64,000 bases of DNA, taken from the NCBI GenBank assembly GCA_963665325.3, contig CAXXWS020000002.1, positions 960,001-1,024,000 on the forward strand. Direction: 5' to 3'. The notes below the pieces were generated by a model. That model did no database searches. It saw only the letters and a program-made list of their open reading frames with translations, and had not been told where the DNA came from. A program made the position numbers and the translations under genes. Below, one piece after another: positions 32,370-42,026 of the stretch. Source of the DNA: Alphaproteobacteria bacterium. GTDB lineage: Bacteria > Pseudomonadota > Alphaproteobacteria > Bin95. Position 1 is the first letter of the stretch; every line of letters starts with the position of its first letter.

Positions 32370-33382
32370 GCCGGAGCTGCCTCGCGCGCCCGGAACGATG
32401 CGGTTCGCACCCCGCCGCGGAGCGCCTTGACCGCCAGGGCCACCCGGCGGCCGTAGCCCCGGTCGGCACGGCAGAAATGGCCGATTGAGCGGCAGACGGC
32501 AGAGTCGCCGGCGGCGGTCCGCTGAACCTGCGACAGCGAGCCTGCGATCGCAGCGACGAGCCGTTCCCTTTCGGCCTCCGGCATGAGCCGGTAAAGGGTG
32601 CCGGCCTGGGCGAAATCGTCCGCCTCGCGAACCCCGGCCGCGACGCCACCGCGCAGACCCTGGCATCGGTGGAAGTTCGGGGCCAGCCTGCAGCGGCGGG
32701 ACTCGCCATAGGCAAACAGGCGGGCCTGCAGCATCCTGTCGGGGCTCGGGCCTACTCCGGTAACCATATGGCCGGGATCGAAGGCAGACCGTTCCACCTC
32801 GGCGACACAAGTGTCGGGGAGGCGGTCGAGTGTCAACCGCCCGACCTCGATCAACGGGTAGTCGCCGTGCGGCCAGACCTTGGTAAGGTCGAAGGGGTCG
32901 ATGCGGGATCCGGCAACATCGGCCTCAGGCATGATCTGCACGTTCAGCGTCCAGGACGGGAAGTTTCCATCCTCGACCGCCCTGTAGAGATCGTGCCGGA
33001 GATGCCGGGGAAACTCGCTTGAAATGCGGGCTGCCTCTTCCGTCGTGAGGCATTCGATGCCCTGGTCGGTCTTGAAGTGGAACTTCACCCAGAGGCGCTC
33101 ACCGGCGGCGTTGATCCACTGGAATGCGTGGGCGCCGTAACCGTCCATATGCCTCCAGCTTCGCGGCAACCCGCGGTCGCCGAACAACCAGGTGACCTGG
33201 TGCGTGGCCTCCGGGGAACGCGAGAAGAAATCCCACACATTGTCCGCGCGCTGCCGATCGGTATGCGGGTCCGTCTTCTGCGAGTGGATGAGGTAGGGTA
33301 ACTTCAACGGATCGCGAATGAAGAACACCGGAGAATTGCTGCCCGCAAGATCCCAATCGCCATCCTCGGTGTGAAGCTTCAA
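32222..33382 (-). pseudogene. katA: Monofunctional heme catalase fragment (no N-terminus, C-terminal part shortened)
   Basis: WDLAGSNSPVFFIRDPLK, VKFHFKTDQG, PFDLTKVWPH, DRMLQARLFAY present; distal-His region (RIPERVVH) absent; the frame runs into the convergent gene. Confidence 0.8.
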
Positions 33383-33444
33383 CAGAAGGATTCCAAGTTC
33401 GGACTATCTGACGCAGGGTCGCTTTCTCTCCCTGAGAAGTCCTT

Positions 33445-33473
33445 TGAATAGAATGTCTTGATGGCACTGTCAA
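33445..33473 (-). promoter_or_regulatory. Candidate sigma70 promoter facing the catalase remnant
   Basis: TTGACA-N17-TATTCA on the minus strand in an AT-rich gap; -10 element imperfect. Confidence 0.35.
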
Positions 33474-33757
33474 GGATATATTTTGCAGACACTGAGGACA
33501 ACAATTATCGAAGCTGTGTGGCCGATTTATGGTATCCAGGGAACTGGATAGTGTGGATAGGAGTAGGATCGGGGTGGTATTGATGACGTGCTGGTGCTGA
33601 TTTTCATTGGACCATAGGTAACGACATATGTACGATGCACCAGTGGGATGGGAGAAGCATGCATGCGGATCGGAACAGGAGGTTTATCGTCAACTGTCTC
33701 GCATAGGGGTAACCGTGTGTTGCCGAGCAGGGGCCTCGTTTCATACCGGAGGCGTCC

Positions 33758-34129
33758 ATGAGCGGCGGGGAGGAAGGGCGTCGCCAGCGCGCCGTGATGG
33801 CAACCGACGAGGAGTGGGAGCGCGTCGGGCGCAGGGCCGCGGCGAGCGGCATGGAGCTCTCGCGTTTCGTGATCCATCGCGCGCTGGCGACGGACATGCT
33901 GCCGCCGGAAGTCCTGCGCCGGGCGGTGCGGGAGATGCTGGCGATATCGCTGCTCGAGGAGCGGCGGCTGCGCGAGGCGGGTCTGGGCGCTGTCTGGGAT
34001 GATGCCTGCGACGCGGTGGACGAGTGGATCGACCGGGAGGGCATGCTGGGCCGCCTGACCGATCCCGGCGCGGCCAACCGCTGGAAGGCGGTGGGGCGGG
34101 AGCCGGATGACGAGGAGGAGGAGTCGTGA
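33758..34129 (+). CDS. Ribbon-helix-helix (MobC/NikA-like) protein 1
   Basis: RQRAVMATDEEWERVGRRAAASGMELSRFV pattern; SD GGAGG. Confidence 0.65.
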   Translation: MSGGEEGRRQRAVMATDEEWERVGRRAAASGMELSRFVIHRALATDMLPPEVLRRAVREMLAISLLEERRLREAGLGAVWDDACDAVDEWIDREGMLGRLTDPGAANRWKAVGREPDDEEEES

Positions 34130-34437
34130 CGGAAGAGGCGGCGCGTCCGCTCAGGCGCCAGCGGAGCCTGCATTGCACGCCGGCGGAGCAGGCGATGATC
34201 CGGGAGAAGGCGGCGGAGGCCGGCAAGCCGGTGTCGCGCCATGTGCTCGACCTTGCGCTTGCCGACGACCCGGACCGTCACTCCCTGGTGCTGACGGAGG
34301 AGGAGCAGCGCGAACTCGCGGATGGCATTCGCGAGGTGGGGGCGTTCGTGCTGGCGCTGAGGCGCGAGCTTCCGGGCGGCAGCGGCCTCAGCCTGCTGGG
34401 AGCGATCTCGCTGCTGGCGCGGGAGCGGAGCCGATGA
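34126..34437 (+). CDS. Ribbon-helix-helix (MobC/NikA-like) protein 2
   Basis: RQRSLHCTPAEQAMIREKAAEAGKPVSRHV; GTGA overlap. Confidence 0.65.
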   Translation: MTEEAARPLRRQRSLHCTPAEQAMIREKAAEAGKPVSRHVLDLALADDPDRHSLVLTEEEQRELADGIREVGAFVLALRRELPGGSGLSLLGAISLLARERSR

Positions 34438-34928
34438 GGCGGGCGAGACGGGGCCGCAGGGCGAAGCCGTCCTCGAAGCATATCTCGATCTCGGCGTGGG
34501 ACAGCGAGTGGGAGACCGTGCGCCGGCATGCGGACCGGCGGGGCCTGTCGATCGCGCGCTACCTTGTGGGCCTGGTGGAGCGCGGCGGCCCGGAGGAGAT
34601 AGCGGGTCCGGCGCTCGCGCTCAACGCCACCGAGCAGCGGGAGTTGCTGGCGGCGGTGCGGGAGGTCCGGTCGCTGATGCTGGAGGGCGCGGATGCGGAC
34701 CCATTGGTGCGGGACATGCAGGAGCGGATCGCGGTGCAGTTCGCCGCCTGGATGTCGGCCATGGCCGGCGCGGGCCGCGGGGAGGAGCTGCACGCCGCGC
34801 TCGCCTCGGTGCTGGGCGAGGACCGCGCCCGCCTGGTCGCCGCCTCCGTCGCGCCTGCGGCTGCCGGGGAGGAGCGGCCCGGAGACGCGGCGCAACCGGA
34901 AGACCCGGACGGGGGCTTGTCGTCGTGA
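34434..34928 (+). CDS. Ribbon-helix-helix (MobC/NikA-like) protein 3
   Basis: KHISISAWDSEWETVRRHADRRGLSIARYL; ATGA overlap. Confidence 0.62.
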   Translation: MRRARRGRRAKPSSKHISISAWDSEWETVRRHADRRGLSIARYLVGLVERGGPEEIAGPALALNATEQRELLAAVREVRSLMLEGADADPLVRDMQERIAVQFAAWMSAMAGAGRGEELHAALASVLGEDRARLVAASVAPAAAGEERPGDAAQPEDPDGGLSS

Positions 34929-35019
34929 CGGCTCTGGCACTCCGGACGGGAACTGCAGGTCCGTGCGGCAGCGGTCCCGGGCGCTGCGGACCGCCGGCGA
35001 GGAGACCGTATGGCGGAGG

Positions 35020-35340
35020 TTCTACAATATGAGAGGCGGCACCGTTACTTCGGACCGGTTATATGGTCATAAGGTTAGTGTCGGTCTTATGTTGTCCGAA
35101 TATCATTTCATGATGGCGCTTGGATGCATAGAAATGTCATTTCTGTGTTGTGCATGGCGATATTGAATTTCTGCATTTTCAGGGCCGTGTGGGCGACGGT
35201 TCCTACAGGGTATGACCGGCATGGTCATATATGCCGTTCGATACAGGTCCGCGAATGGCGCGAAGTCCGGGAGGCGGGCTTTCGACGCCGCCGGTCGCTC
35301 GAGACGGGTCCGGACGTAACGTTATGGACAGTGATGAAGA
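35020..35340. other. Candidate oriT region
   Basis: AT-rich non-coding gap between RHH genes and relaxase; IR CATAGAAATG-T-CATTTCTGTG (35127-35147) followed by TTGTGCAT; perfect IR TATGACC-N5-GGTCATA (35211-35229). Confidence 0.4.
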
Positions 35341-35353
35341 GGGGTGATGAGAC

Positions 35354-36016
35354 ATGACGGCGGGACAGGACGAAGCGGACCCGAGGAGGCCGAACCTTCT
35401 GGCGGGCGTGCCGGGAGAGCCGGCGGCGCCGGGCGGCGGTCCGGCCGGGTTCGAGGCGCTGCTGACGACGGTGCTGGAGATGCGGGAGGAGCTGGCCGGG
35501 TTGCGGAAGGAGGTGCGGGCGGAACGGCCCGAGCCGGTGACACGGGAGGAGTTGGAGGCCTGGGGCGAGCGGTTGCTGAAGCGGTTCGACGATACGGATG
35601 TGCCGGAGCGCGCGGTGGCCGACGACGGCATTCTGATCGTGGCGGACTGTGCGGCGCGGATGACCGATGCGGCCCGAAAGATCGAGGAGGGAGCGGCCGG
35701 GGCGGAGAAACGGCTGACGGCCCGGATTGGCGCTGCCGAGGAGGCGCTCGCCGACAGGCTCTCCGCGATCGATGCGACGAAGGCGGTGGGTCAGGTCAGT
35801 AACGCGGCAGGGCGCATCGAGACGGAGCTCGCCGGGTTCCGGAACCGTGTCGACGACCGTTTCAACCATGTCGCGCCCATGGTCACCTATATTCGGGACA
35901 CGGTTCGCGAGCTGAAATTCACCTGGCGGATATTTATCGCGCCCTGGGCGCTTGGCATGTTCATTGCGGGCTTTGTCTTCGCCATCGTCACCAGACTGGT
36001 CGACCGGCTGTCATGA
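35354..36016 (+). CDS. Coiled-coil protein with C-terminal TM helix (mobilisation-associated hypothetical)
   Basis: Helical heptad content, hydrophobic C-terminus, directly upstream of the relaxase. Confidence 0.65.
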   Translation: MTAGQDEADPRRPNLLAGVPGEPAAPGGGPAGFEALLTTVLEMREELAGLRKEVRAERPEPVTREELEAWGERLLKRFDDTDVPERAVADDGILIVADCAARMTDAARKIEEGAAGAEKRLTARIGAAEEALADRLSAIDATKAVGQVSNAAGRIETELAGFRNRVDDRFNHVAPMVTYIRDTVRELKFTWRIFIAPWALGMFIAGFVFAIVTRLVDRLS

Positions 36017-36072
36017 GGCAGGCCGCCGTTTGCCCGCTCCGGCCTGTGCCGGCGGCGGGGTAGTTCCGCCCC

Positions 36073-39000
36073 ATGGTCGCGACGTTCGTCGAGCTCAGGT
36101 CTTCGGCCGTCACGGTCTCCTATTTCGAGCGGGACGGCTACTACGCGAAGAACGACCCGGAGCACCGACAGGCAAGCTTCTGGCACGGGGGCGCGGCGCA
36201 GGCGCTGGGCCTGAAGGGCCATGTGCGCCCGAAGCGGTTCGAGGCCGTGCTTGCGGGGTTCGTGCCGGGCACGGACATCCGGCTGGGGCGGATGCGCGAG
36301 GGCGAGCGCGATCACCGCCCCGGCTGGGACCTTACCTTCTCGGCGCCGAAGTCGGTGTCGATCGAGGCGCTGGTGATGGGCGACCGGCGGGTGATCCGGG
36401 CGCATGACGAGGCGGTGCGCGCGACGCTCGACTGGGTGGAACGGGACCTGTTGCAGACGCGGGGGTGGGACCCGGCGACGCGGCGGCGCCCGCGGGTGAA
36501 GGCGGGCGGCATGGTCGCGGCCGGGTTCCGGCACCTGACCAGCCGCGACCGGGACCCGACGCTGCACACGCACTGCGTGCTGGCCAACATGACGCGCAAT
36601 GCGGCCGGCGAGTGGCGCAGCGTCGAGCCGACAGCCATCAAGTGGAACAAGAAGCTGATCGGGTCCTATTACCGCAACGAGCTGGCGCGGCGGCTGGAGG
36701 CGCTCGGCATGGCGGTCGCGCCGCGGCTGGTCGGACGCATCCCGGGGTTCGAACTTGCGGGCTACTCGCGCGATTTCGTCGAGGCGTTCTCGGCCCGGCG
36801 GCTGGCGATCGAGGCGGACCTGAAGCGCCGCAACCTGCCATACACGGCGAAGAACGCGCAGGCGGCGGCGCTGCGCACCCGCAGGCGCAAGAGCGAGGAG
36901 AGCCTGGCGGACCTCGTGCCGGAATGGCGCGCGCGGGTCCGTGAGCTGGGCCTCGTGCGCAAGAAGGCGGAGCTCGCGCCGCCCCGGCCGCTCGACCCGG
37001 TGACAGGCGAGCGGACGGCGCCGCCATGCATGCCGGCGCTCCATATGACGGCGAACGAGCTCAGGCGGCAGAGGCGCGCGCCGGCCCTGCCGAAGCTGCC
37101 GCGCGACGGGGCGGCGGTCCGGGCGGACAAGGCGTCCCTGCGGCTGGCGCGCTCGACGGCGCGGGCGGAACTCTCATATGAGCCGGCGCCAGGCCTGCCG
37201 GAAGCGGTCGCGCGCGCGGTGGCGCATGTCGAGGAACGGCGGGTGCGCATCCCGGAGGCCGAGATAAGGGCCGTTGCGCTCGGCCATGCGCCGGGGCGCT
37301 ACACGCTGGCAGAGGTCGATACCGCCATCGCACGCCTGGTGCGGAGCGGCGAGCTGGTCGAGACCGGGAGCCGGGGCGCTGACCGGGCCTTCGTCACCGA
37401 CCGCGCCGTGAAGACCGAGCGGCGCATGCTGGCGTCGATGCGCGCGGCGCGCGGCGAGGGGCGGGCCGAAGCGGACCCGGACACGGTCGCCGCACGGCTC
37501 CGGGAGAGCGGCCTCACGAGCGGCCAGCAGCAGGCGGTCCGCACGATCCTGCTCTCCCTCGACCGGATCGTCGGCGTGCAGGGCCATGCCGGCAGCGGCA
37601 AGACCACCATGCTGCGCACGGTGAAGGAGTTGCTGGACGGCAGGACGATCATGGGCCTTGCGCCCTCGGCGTCGGCGGCCAGGGTTCTGGCAAGGGAGGC
37701 GGACATCCCGTCCCGGACGCTGCAATGGTTCCTCACCCGCCACGGGGACCTATCCGATCCCGCGCGGTTCGCCCGGGCGCGGGCGGAGTTCGGGCGCGCG
37801 GTGCTGGCGGTGGACGAGGCCTCGATGATCGACACGGTGCGCATGGAGGCGCTGCTCCGGATCGCGCGCACCCTCGGCGTGGCCCGCATTGTCCTGGTCG
37901 GCGACACGGCGCAGCTCAGGGCCGTCGATGCGGGCCAGCCCTTCCGCGTGCTGCAGAAGGCCGGCATGGCGACGGCGCTCATGGACGAGGTGCTGCGCCA
38001 GAAGGACCCGGAGCTGAAGACGGCGGCGGGCAGCGCCCGGGCGGGCGAGCCGGGTGCCGCCATCGCCGGCCTGGGCCGGCGGGTGCATGAATATCCCCGC
38101 GAGGAGCTGGGACTGGAGGCGGGCCGGCGCTGGCTGGCGCTCTCGCCGGAGGACCGCGCCGACGCCCTCATCCTGGCGCCCACCCATGCGATCCGCCGGC
38201 AGGTGAACGAGACCGTGCGCGAGGGGCTGGCGGCGGAGGGTCTGCTGCACGGGCGCGTGCTCGCGATCGACCGCCTTGTGGACCGCCGCCTGACGCGCGC
38301 GCAGGCCTCCGACATACGCAGCTACGAGCCGGGCGACACCATCGTCTTCCACCGCGACGTCTTCGGCTGCCGGACGGGCGACGTCTGCATGGTGACGGGC
38401 AAGGATGAGGGGCATGTGGCGATGGACGGCCCGGACGGCGGCGAGCGCCGGTTCCGGCCCTCGGGCAATGCGGCGGCATATTTCGGGCTCTACGACGCGG
38501 AGCGGATCGAGGTCATGGCGGGCGACCGCATCCGCTGGACCCGCAACCGCAAGGCCCCGCCCGCGCGGTTCGGCCATCCTCGTCAGCCGGACCTGGTAAA
38601 CGGCGGCGAGGCGGAGATCGTGGAGATTGACCGCCAGCGGGTGCTGTTCCGCGACGATGCCGGCCGGACGTTCCCGCTCCGGCGCAAGGACCCCCAGCTT
38701 CGCCACCTGGACCATGCATACGGCTCCACCGTGCATGGCGCGCAGGGCCGCACCGCGCGCGCCGTCATCGCGGTGCTGGACGCGCACGGCGCCGTCGACC
38801 GGGCGATGTTCCACGTCGAGGTGAGCCGGGCCTCGGAGTCGTTCCTGCTGCTGACCGACGACCGCGAGGCGCTGGTGGAGATGCTGGAGGTGCGCCCCGA
38901 CCGCGAGGACGGCGCACTGGAGGCGCTCGGGCTCGACCCGGCCGCTCTGCCCGTCGTCGAGCCGGAGCTGTTCGAGGCGCTGGCGGCGGACTGGCGCACC

Positions 39001-40911
39001 CTGCAACGGCAGGGCGAGGAGACGGATACGCCGCCGTTCCTGCTTCCGGGCGCAGACGAGGTCATGGCGCGCGCGGTCGCGCTCTCCCTCGTTGAGGAGT
39101 TGCCGGCGGATATGCGGGCATTCGTGGACGGCATGCTGGCGGAACACGAACGCCATGCCGCGCATGAGCGGGACGCGCGGGGCCTCATGGAGCGCCTCCG
39201 CGCGCACTGGTGGCGCTGGCCGGAGCTCGGCTGGCTGGCGTCGGCGCAAGGCTGTGCGCCCGAGGAGCTGCCGGAACATGCCGCCTGGCGCGAGGAGGGC
39301 GCGGCGCTGCTGGCCGAGGCGCGCGGTCTGGAAGCGATGCCGGGTCTTGCCGCCGGGCTTGAGGGCGAGATGGCGGCGCTGGAACGCATGAGGCTGCGCG
39401 ACGATTGCGAACGGTTCCGACGGGACCGGGTGGCGCTCGGCGCGAGCGCCGTCCGCGCGGGCGTGCCGGAAGTGCACCTGGAGGGCTGCGCGGAGGTCGC
39501 CGAACTGGCCGGACGGCTCTCGGAAGCCGAAAACATCGACCCGGCCGACCGGCGCATTGCCGTGTTGTGGCTGAGGGTCCATGACCGGCAGTCGGCGCTT
39601 GCCGATGCGGTCCGCTCCCTGCCGGGCCGGATGGAAGCATGGCGGGCGCGGCGGGAAGCCGACCTGCCGCTCGACGGGCATGGCGGGGCCGATCCGGTCG
39701 ATCCCGCCTGCCGCGCCTGGCGCGAGGAGGGCGACGCGCTCAGGGACGAGACGGAGGCCATGCTCAGGGCGGGAAGCCCCCACCGCCGCCACATGGACGC
39801 CATGCCGGGCGCGCGGGAGGCCGTCGCCGTGGCGCTTGCGGAGATCGACGGCGCGGTCTTTGAGGACCGCTACGGGCGGTTCGCCTGGTTGGCGCGGCAT
39901 GTGGCGGGAAGGGCGAGGGAGACTGAAACCGAACCCTGCTACGTGCCCCGCTTCCGCGAGGCGGTCGCGCATGCCGCCGTGCTCCACGGCGAGGACGCTC
40001 TCACCGAAAACGGCAGCAAGGCCGTCGCCTCCTGGCTCGACTATGACCTGACATGCGAACGGCTCCGCCGGGAGATCCGGGACTGGCCGGCGCGCGCCGA
40101 TGCGCTCGCGGGCGAACGGATGGGGCCGGGGAGTGACCTCGGAGCGATGCGGCGGTGGCGCGCGGGGGCGGAGCCGTTGCTGGCCAACGCCCGCGCCATG
40201 CTGGCGGGGGGAAGCCCGCATGCGCCCCACCTGACGGCCATGCCGGAGGAACGCAAGCTGCTGGTCGAGACCGCCGGCCGGCTCGGCGGCGCGCTTGTCG
40301 AAGTCGAGACGGCGGAACTGGGCCGCCTTGCGGAGATCGCCGAAGAGGCCGCCGAACGAGCCGGCGGCATCGCGTTCGACACGGACGAATTTGCCGAACT
40401 GATGGAGCGCGTGCATGCGCTCGACGCCCGCCCCGCCCTGCCGGACAATCTGCGCGAGGCCGTCCGGGGCCATCTCCAACGGCATGAGCGCCTGGAGGAA
40501 GACCGCGCCAATGTCGATGCGTTCCTCGACCTCGCCGGCCAGCTGCTGCACGACCGCGACCGCATGGACCGCACGCCTCCCGAGGGCCGGGCGCAGGCGG
40601 CGCTGCCGCTCACATGGGAGGAATGGAAGCGGGACGCCGACGCGATACTCGCGAACGCAGGATCCCTCCGGCGGGACATTCCGGAACGGGAGCTCAAGGC
40701 CCATCTCGCCGCCGCTCGCGCCGGGCCCGGCGCCATCGAGGAAGCCGCCGGAAATATCGCGGACCGGATCGGGCAGGACGAGAAAGCCCGCGCCGCCGCA
40801 GAGCGGAAGCGCCAGGCCGGGGAACAGGCCCGGATCGCTGCCGAGCAGCGGAGGCTCGAAGAAGAACGCAGGCGGGACCGGAGCGAAGGCGGCGGAATAT
40901 CCATGTCGTAG
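36073..40911 (+). CDS. trwC: MOBF (TrwC/TraI-like) relaxase-helicase
   Basis: SYFERDGYY tyrosines, DLTFSAPKSVS, HLTSRDRDPTLHTH, GHAGSGKTT, VDEASM, HAYGSTVHGAQG. Confidence 0.92.
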   Translation: MVATFVELRSSAVTVSYFERDGYYAKNDPEHRQASFWHGGAAQALGLKGHVRPKRFEAVLAGFVPGTDIRLGRMREGERDHRPGWDLTFSAPKSVSIEALVMGDRRVIRAHDEAVRATLDWVERDLLQTRGWDPATRRRPRVKAGGMVAAGFRHLTSRDRDPTLHTHCVLANMTRNAAGEWRSVEPTAIKWNKKLIGSYYRNELARRLEALGMAVAPRLVGRIPGFELAGYSRDFVEAFSARRLAIEADLKRRNLPYTAKNAQAAALRTRRRKSEESLADLVPEWRARVRELGLVRKKAELAPPRPLDPVTGERTAPPCMPALHMTANELRRQRRAPALPKLPRDGAAVRADKASLRLARSTARAELSYEPAPGLPEAVARAVAHVEERRVRIPEAEIRAVALGHAPGRYTLAEVDTAIARLVRSGELVETGSRGADRAFVTDRAVKTERRMLASMRAARGEGRAEADPDTVAARLRESGLTSGQQQAVRTILLSLDRIVGVQGHAGSGKTTMLRTVKELLDGRTIMGLAPSASAARVLAREADIPSRTLQWFLTRHGDLSDPARFARARAEFGRAVLAVDEASMIDTVRMEALLRIARTLGVARIVLVGDTAQLRAVDAGQPFRVLQKAGMATALMDEVLRQKDPELKTAAGSARAGEPGAAIAGLGRRVHEYPREELGLEAGRRWLALSPEDRADALILAPTHAIRRQVNETVREGLAAEGLLHGRVLAIDRLVDRRLTRAQASDIRSYEPGDTIVFHRDVFGCRTGDVCMVTGKDEGHVAMDGPDGGERRFRPSGNAAAYFGLYDAERIEVMAGDRIRWTRNRKAPPARFGHPRQPDLVNGGEAEIVEIDRQRVLFRDDAGRTFPLRRKDPQLRHLDHAYGSTVHGAQGRTARAVIAVLDAHGAVDRAMFHVEVSRASESFLLLTDDREALVEMLEVRPDREDGALEALGLDPAALPVVEPELFEALAADWRTLQRQGEETDTPPFLLPGADEVMARAVALSLVEELPADMRAFVDGMLAEHERHAAHERDARGLMERLRAHWWRWPELGWLASAQGCAPEELPEHAAWREEGAALLAEARGLEAMPGLAAGLEGEMAALERMRLRDDCERFRRDRVALGASAVRAGVPEVHLEGCAEVAELAGRLSEAENIDPADRRIAVLWLRVHDRQSALADAVRSLPGRMEAWRARREADLPLDGHGGADPVDPACRAWREEGDALRDETEAMLRAGSPHRRHMDAMPGAREAVAVALAEIDGAVFEDRYGRFAWLARHVAGRARETETEPCYVPRFREAVAHAAVLHGEDALTENGSKAVASWLDYDLTCERLRREIRDWPARADALAGERMGPGSDLGAMRRWRAGAEPLLANARAMLAGGSPHAPHLTAMPEERKLLVETAGRLGGALVEVETAELGRLAEIAEEAAERAGGIAFDTDEFAELMERVHALDARPALPDNLREAVRGHLQRHERLEEDRANVDAFLDLAGQLLHDRDRMDRTPPEGRAQAALPLTWEEWKRDADAILANAGSLRRDIPERELKAHLAAARAGPGAIEEAAGNIADRIGQDEKARAAAERKRQAGEQARIAAEQRRLEEERRRDRSEGGGISMS

Positions 40912-41159
40912 AACTCATGCTTGAATCCGTGTGCGCCGCTCCCGCAATGCCAGATGCGATTGAAGTCATGTTGCAGGATGGCAATGAGCGCATGGCTATC
41001 TCATCCACCATCGTCGGGCAGGGTCCCTGCAGGACGGAGATGTCGAAACCCGCCCTGCCGTCATGGTTGTATCCCCGTTTCCCGCCGCAAACACCGCGGC
41101 GCCGACATCGCAATACTCGTCGTGCTCTACAAAGGCCGGACGCGTAGAAATGGCCACGG

Positions 41160-41477
41160 CTACCGGCGGCCGATGGTACTGTCGTTACCGTCCGAGCCCA
41201 TGGCGCGCATAACCAGATGGTCGGTAACGTCATTGAAGTAGAATTGCAGTTCGGTCTGAAGCTGGCTGAACTCGGCCCATACCACGCGGTCGAAGGACCG
41301 TCCGGGGGCCCGCACCATGACGATTGTGCGCCGCTGCCGCGCATAGCGGAAGGGGTGTAGGCCGTGCTTGCGGCAGACGGCGACGAACAACCTGACCGAC
41401 CACATGTCGGGCAGCGAGAACCGGAGCTCGGTTTCCGGTCCGCCGTCGCTGCCGATATTCGTCACCGTCGCGACCAT
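41160..41477 (-). pseudogene. Conserved hypothetical protein, probably 5'-degraded
   Basis: FSLPDMWSVRLFVAVCRKHG...RYARQRRTIVMVR resembles a recurrent mobile-element hypothetical family; no convincing N-terminus. Confidence 0.45.
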
Positions 41478-41720
41478 GGCGCCATCCTGCCCCGGAGGGC
41501 GGGACAAGGGCAGCCGCATTCCGCGCCGCCTGCGGGCGCCGGTCCTGTCTGTGCCGTCCTCGCCCGGCGCCCGGTCGTCGAATTTTGTTGCATGACGGTT
41601 TTGCGGCGATTATTGGGCCGTTGTTGAGGGTTGAATGTGTATCGGAGGACATGGCGATGGGTGCGTTTTCGTTTCGCGGCTTGTTGCGTGCGCTTCTCTT
41701 GATTAAGATCAAGTCATCCG

Positions 41721-42003
41721 GCCGGATCGCCGGATCGCCGGATCGCCGGATCGCCGGATCGCCGGATCGCCGGATCGCCGGATCGCCGGATCGCCGGATC
41801 GCCGGATCGCCGGATCGCCGGATCGCCGGATCGCCGGATCGCCGGATCGCCGGATCGCCGGATCGCCGGATCGCCGGATCGCCGGATCGCCGGATCGCCG
41901 GATCGCCGGATCGCCGGATCGCCGGATCGCCGGATCGCCGGATCGCCGGATCGCCGGATCGCCGGATCGCCGGATCGCCGGATCGCCGGATCGCCGGATC
42001 GCC
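41721..42003 (+). repeat. Simple sequence repeat (GCCGGATC)35
   Basis: 35 perfect 8-bp units at 41721-42000 plus GCC. Confidence 0.97.
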
Positions 42004-42026
42004 CCACCTGCGTCCGCGTGACGGCC

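Noticed and set aside
41721-42003. Repeat arrays as CRISPR (also 60477-60781)
   Set aside because: Contiguous 8-bp units with no spacers and no cas genes
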